Part shown: one piece after another, positions 50,895-51,961 of the stretch
Layout of the letters: each line of letters begins with the position of its first letter
Position numbering within the stretch: the stretch's first letter is position 1
Virus record (IMG/VR): IMGVR_UViG_3300043416_000423
Coordinates: 1-51,961 of that record
Direction: 5' to 3' (one strand)
Length of the DNA: 51,961 nt
Origin: a virus
Lineage: Duplodnaviria; Caudoviricetes
The notes under the pieces: generated by a model
The model's database searches: none
The model's input: the letters and a program-made list of their open reading frames with translations, nothing else
What the model was told of the DNA's origin: nothing
Translations under genes and position numbers: made by a program

Positions 50895-51489
50895 TTAGCT
50901 AGCCAAAGCCTTAAACGCTGCTAAATCTTCATCATCATCTTCAACAAAAGAACTTTCTGTCTTTGCTTGTTGCTTAGAAGCAGACTCTAATACAGGTGCC
51001 TTTGATTGTGAAACTAAAGGCACATTTAGTTGAAGAACTTCTTCAAGCTTACGTTTCAGTTCTTCATAGCTCTTGAAATTCTTTGAATCTAGAAATTCTT
51101 TGATAGAATGTTCAGCCTTCCAAATCTTTTCAAGTTCTGTATCATCATCAGACAAAGGTGAAGAAGGAGCAAATGCGGATTGATCGTAATTACGGTATCC
51201 TTCAACAGTACGAATCTTGAGACGGAAGTTAGCACCAGTCCAAAGATCAAATGGATTTACAGGTGTTTCATCTTCAAACTCTGGATGCATAATCATAGAA
51301 ATCTTATCGAAAATCTTCTTTCCATACTTATACAGATATACCTTACCTTCCATCTCTGGATTTTTTGGATAAGAAACGAGATAGATGTTAGAGATATATG
51401 AAAGTCGTCTCTTTTGTTCACGGGCTTGCTTTCGTAATGGTGAACTATCATCAGATGTTGAATTCCAAAGAACAGTGTTGTATTCAGAG
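50895..51489 (-). CDS. gp32: ssDNA-binding protein, 3' exon
   Basis: SEYNTVLWNS, KRRLSYISNI, YKYGKKIFDKI, NPFDLWTGANFRLKI, NYDQS, acidic tail; homology stops upstream of SEYN. Confidence 0.92.
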
Positions 51490-51961
51490 CGTTTGTGTTT
51501 ATACAAGTTCGTTATTCTTGTATTTGGCTTTACACCAACTATATGTTTCCATACAGACCAGACTATATCATCAACCCATATTTTTGGGTCGAACTGCATT
51601 TCGATTCACTTGAATCTACTCCTAGAAGGATAGTCGTTGAACCTTCACCATACCATGTTGGGTTAGGTGCTTGGCTGCTGATTGCCCAATATAACATATT
51701 TTTTGAACCTTCAAGTTTGCAATTTCTTGCTTCGTGTTGATTTACTACAAGCAACAATATTGAATATCCTTGTTCCACACAAGCCTTACACTTTTCTATA
51801 ACAACATTTAAATGTTGCTGAAGTGTATATTTTGACTTAACCTCGATCAAAAGATTTTTTTGAGGCAAATAGAAATCTGGAAAGTACATCTTATTTTTCC
51901 CATATTTTATTATGGGAATATTTGATTTACCAACAAGAATATCTTCCTTTTGCATTTTAAA
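51490..51961 (-). mobile_element. Group I intron (IA2-like) in gp32, 3' part; runs off the window
   Basis: Minus strand Q AATCAGCAG, R GTTCAACGACTA, S GATGATATAGTC; P7 GACTA/TAGTC; P9 hairpins; terminal G at 51490. Confidence 0.88.
51563..51961 (-). CDS. Intron-encoded PD-(D/E)XK endonuclease (probably 5'-truncated by the window)
   Basis: YFPDFYLP...LLIEVKS; frame open to the window edge; stop lies inside the intron S element. Confidence 0.8.
   Translation of the reverse strand, partial: FKMQKEDILVGKSNIPIIKYGKNKMYFPDFYLPQKNLLIEVKSKYTLQQHLNVVIEKCKACVEQGYSILLLVVNQHEARNCKLEGSKNMLYWAISSQAPNPTWYGEGSTTILLGVDSSESKCSSTQKYGLMI

Noticed and set aside
51490-51599. N-terminal ~37 aa of the 234-aa ORF as part of gp32
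   Set aside because: MQFDPKIW...YKHKR is chance read-through of intron P8-P9 sequence and does not resemble gp32.

Overview
This window is the virion morphogenesis region of a T4-like myophage (AT-rich, probably uncultured). Its large VrlC-like protein and absent gp9-12 recall cyanophage or alphaproteobacterial T4-like phages, but the host cannot be determined from sequence. The minus strand carries head genes (gp22, 21, 68, 67-like, 20), tail and packaging genes (gp19, 18, 17, 16, 15, 14, 13), a mosaic tail-fibre region and baseplate genes (VrlC-like, gp8, 7, 6, 25, split gp5, gp27-like, 53, 48). The plus strand carries gp4, 2, 54, 26, 51 and a large multi-domain lysin, converging on gp32. 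The most notable observations are: (1) a group I intron with a PD-(D/E)XK endonuclease interrupting gp32; (2) a tail fibre ending in ~5 near-identical 144-bp repeats that vary almost only at two codon hotspots, with no RT or template in the window; (3) an Alt/VIP2-like ADP-ribosyltransferase coupled to the portal gene; (4) putative capsid-targeted cargo proteins and modular head proteins; (5) three free-standing GIY-YIG endonucleases, two with RBS-sequestering hairpins, plus two decayed endonuclease remnants sharing a 13-bp junction; (6) a near-consensus sigma70 promoter antisense to terminase. All family calls are from motif recognition and synteny; no database searches were run.
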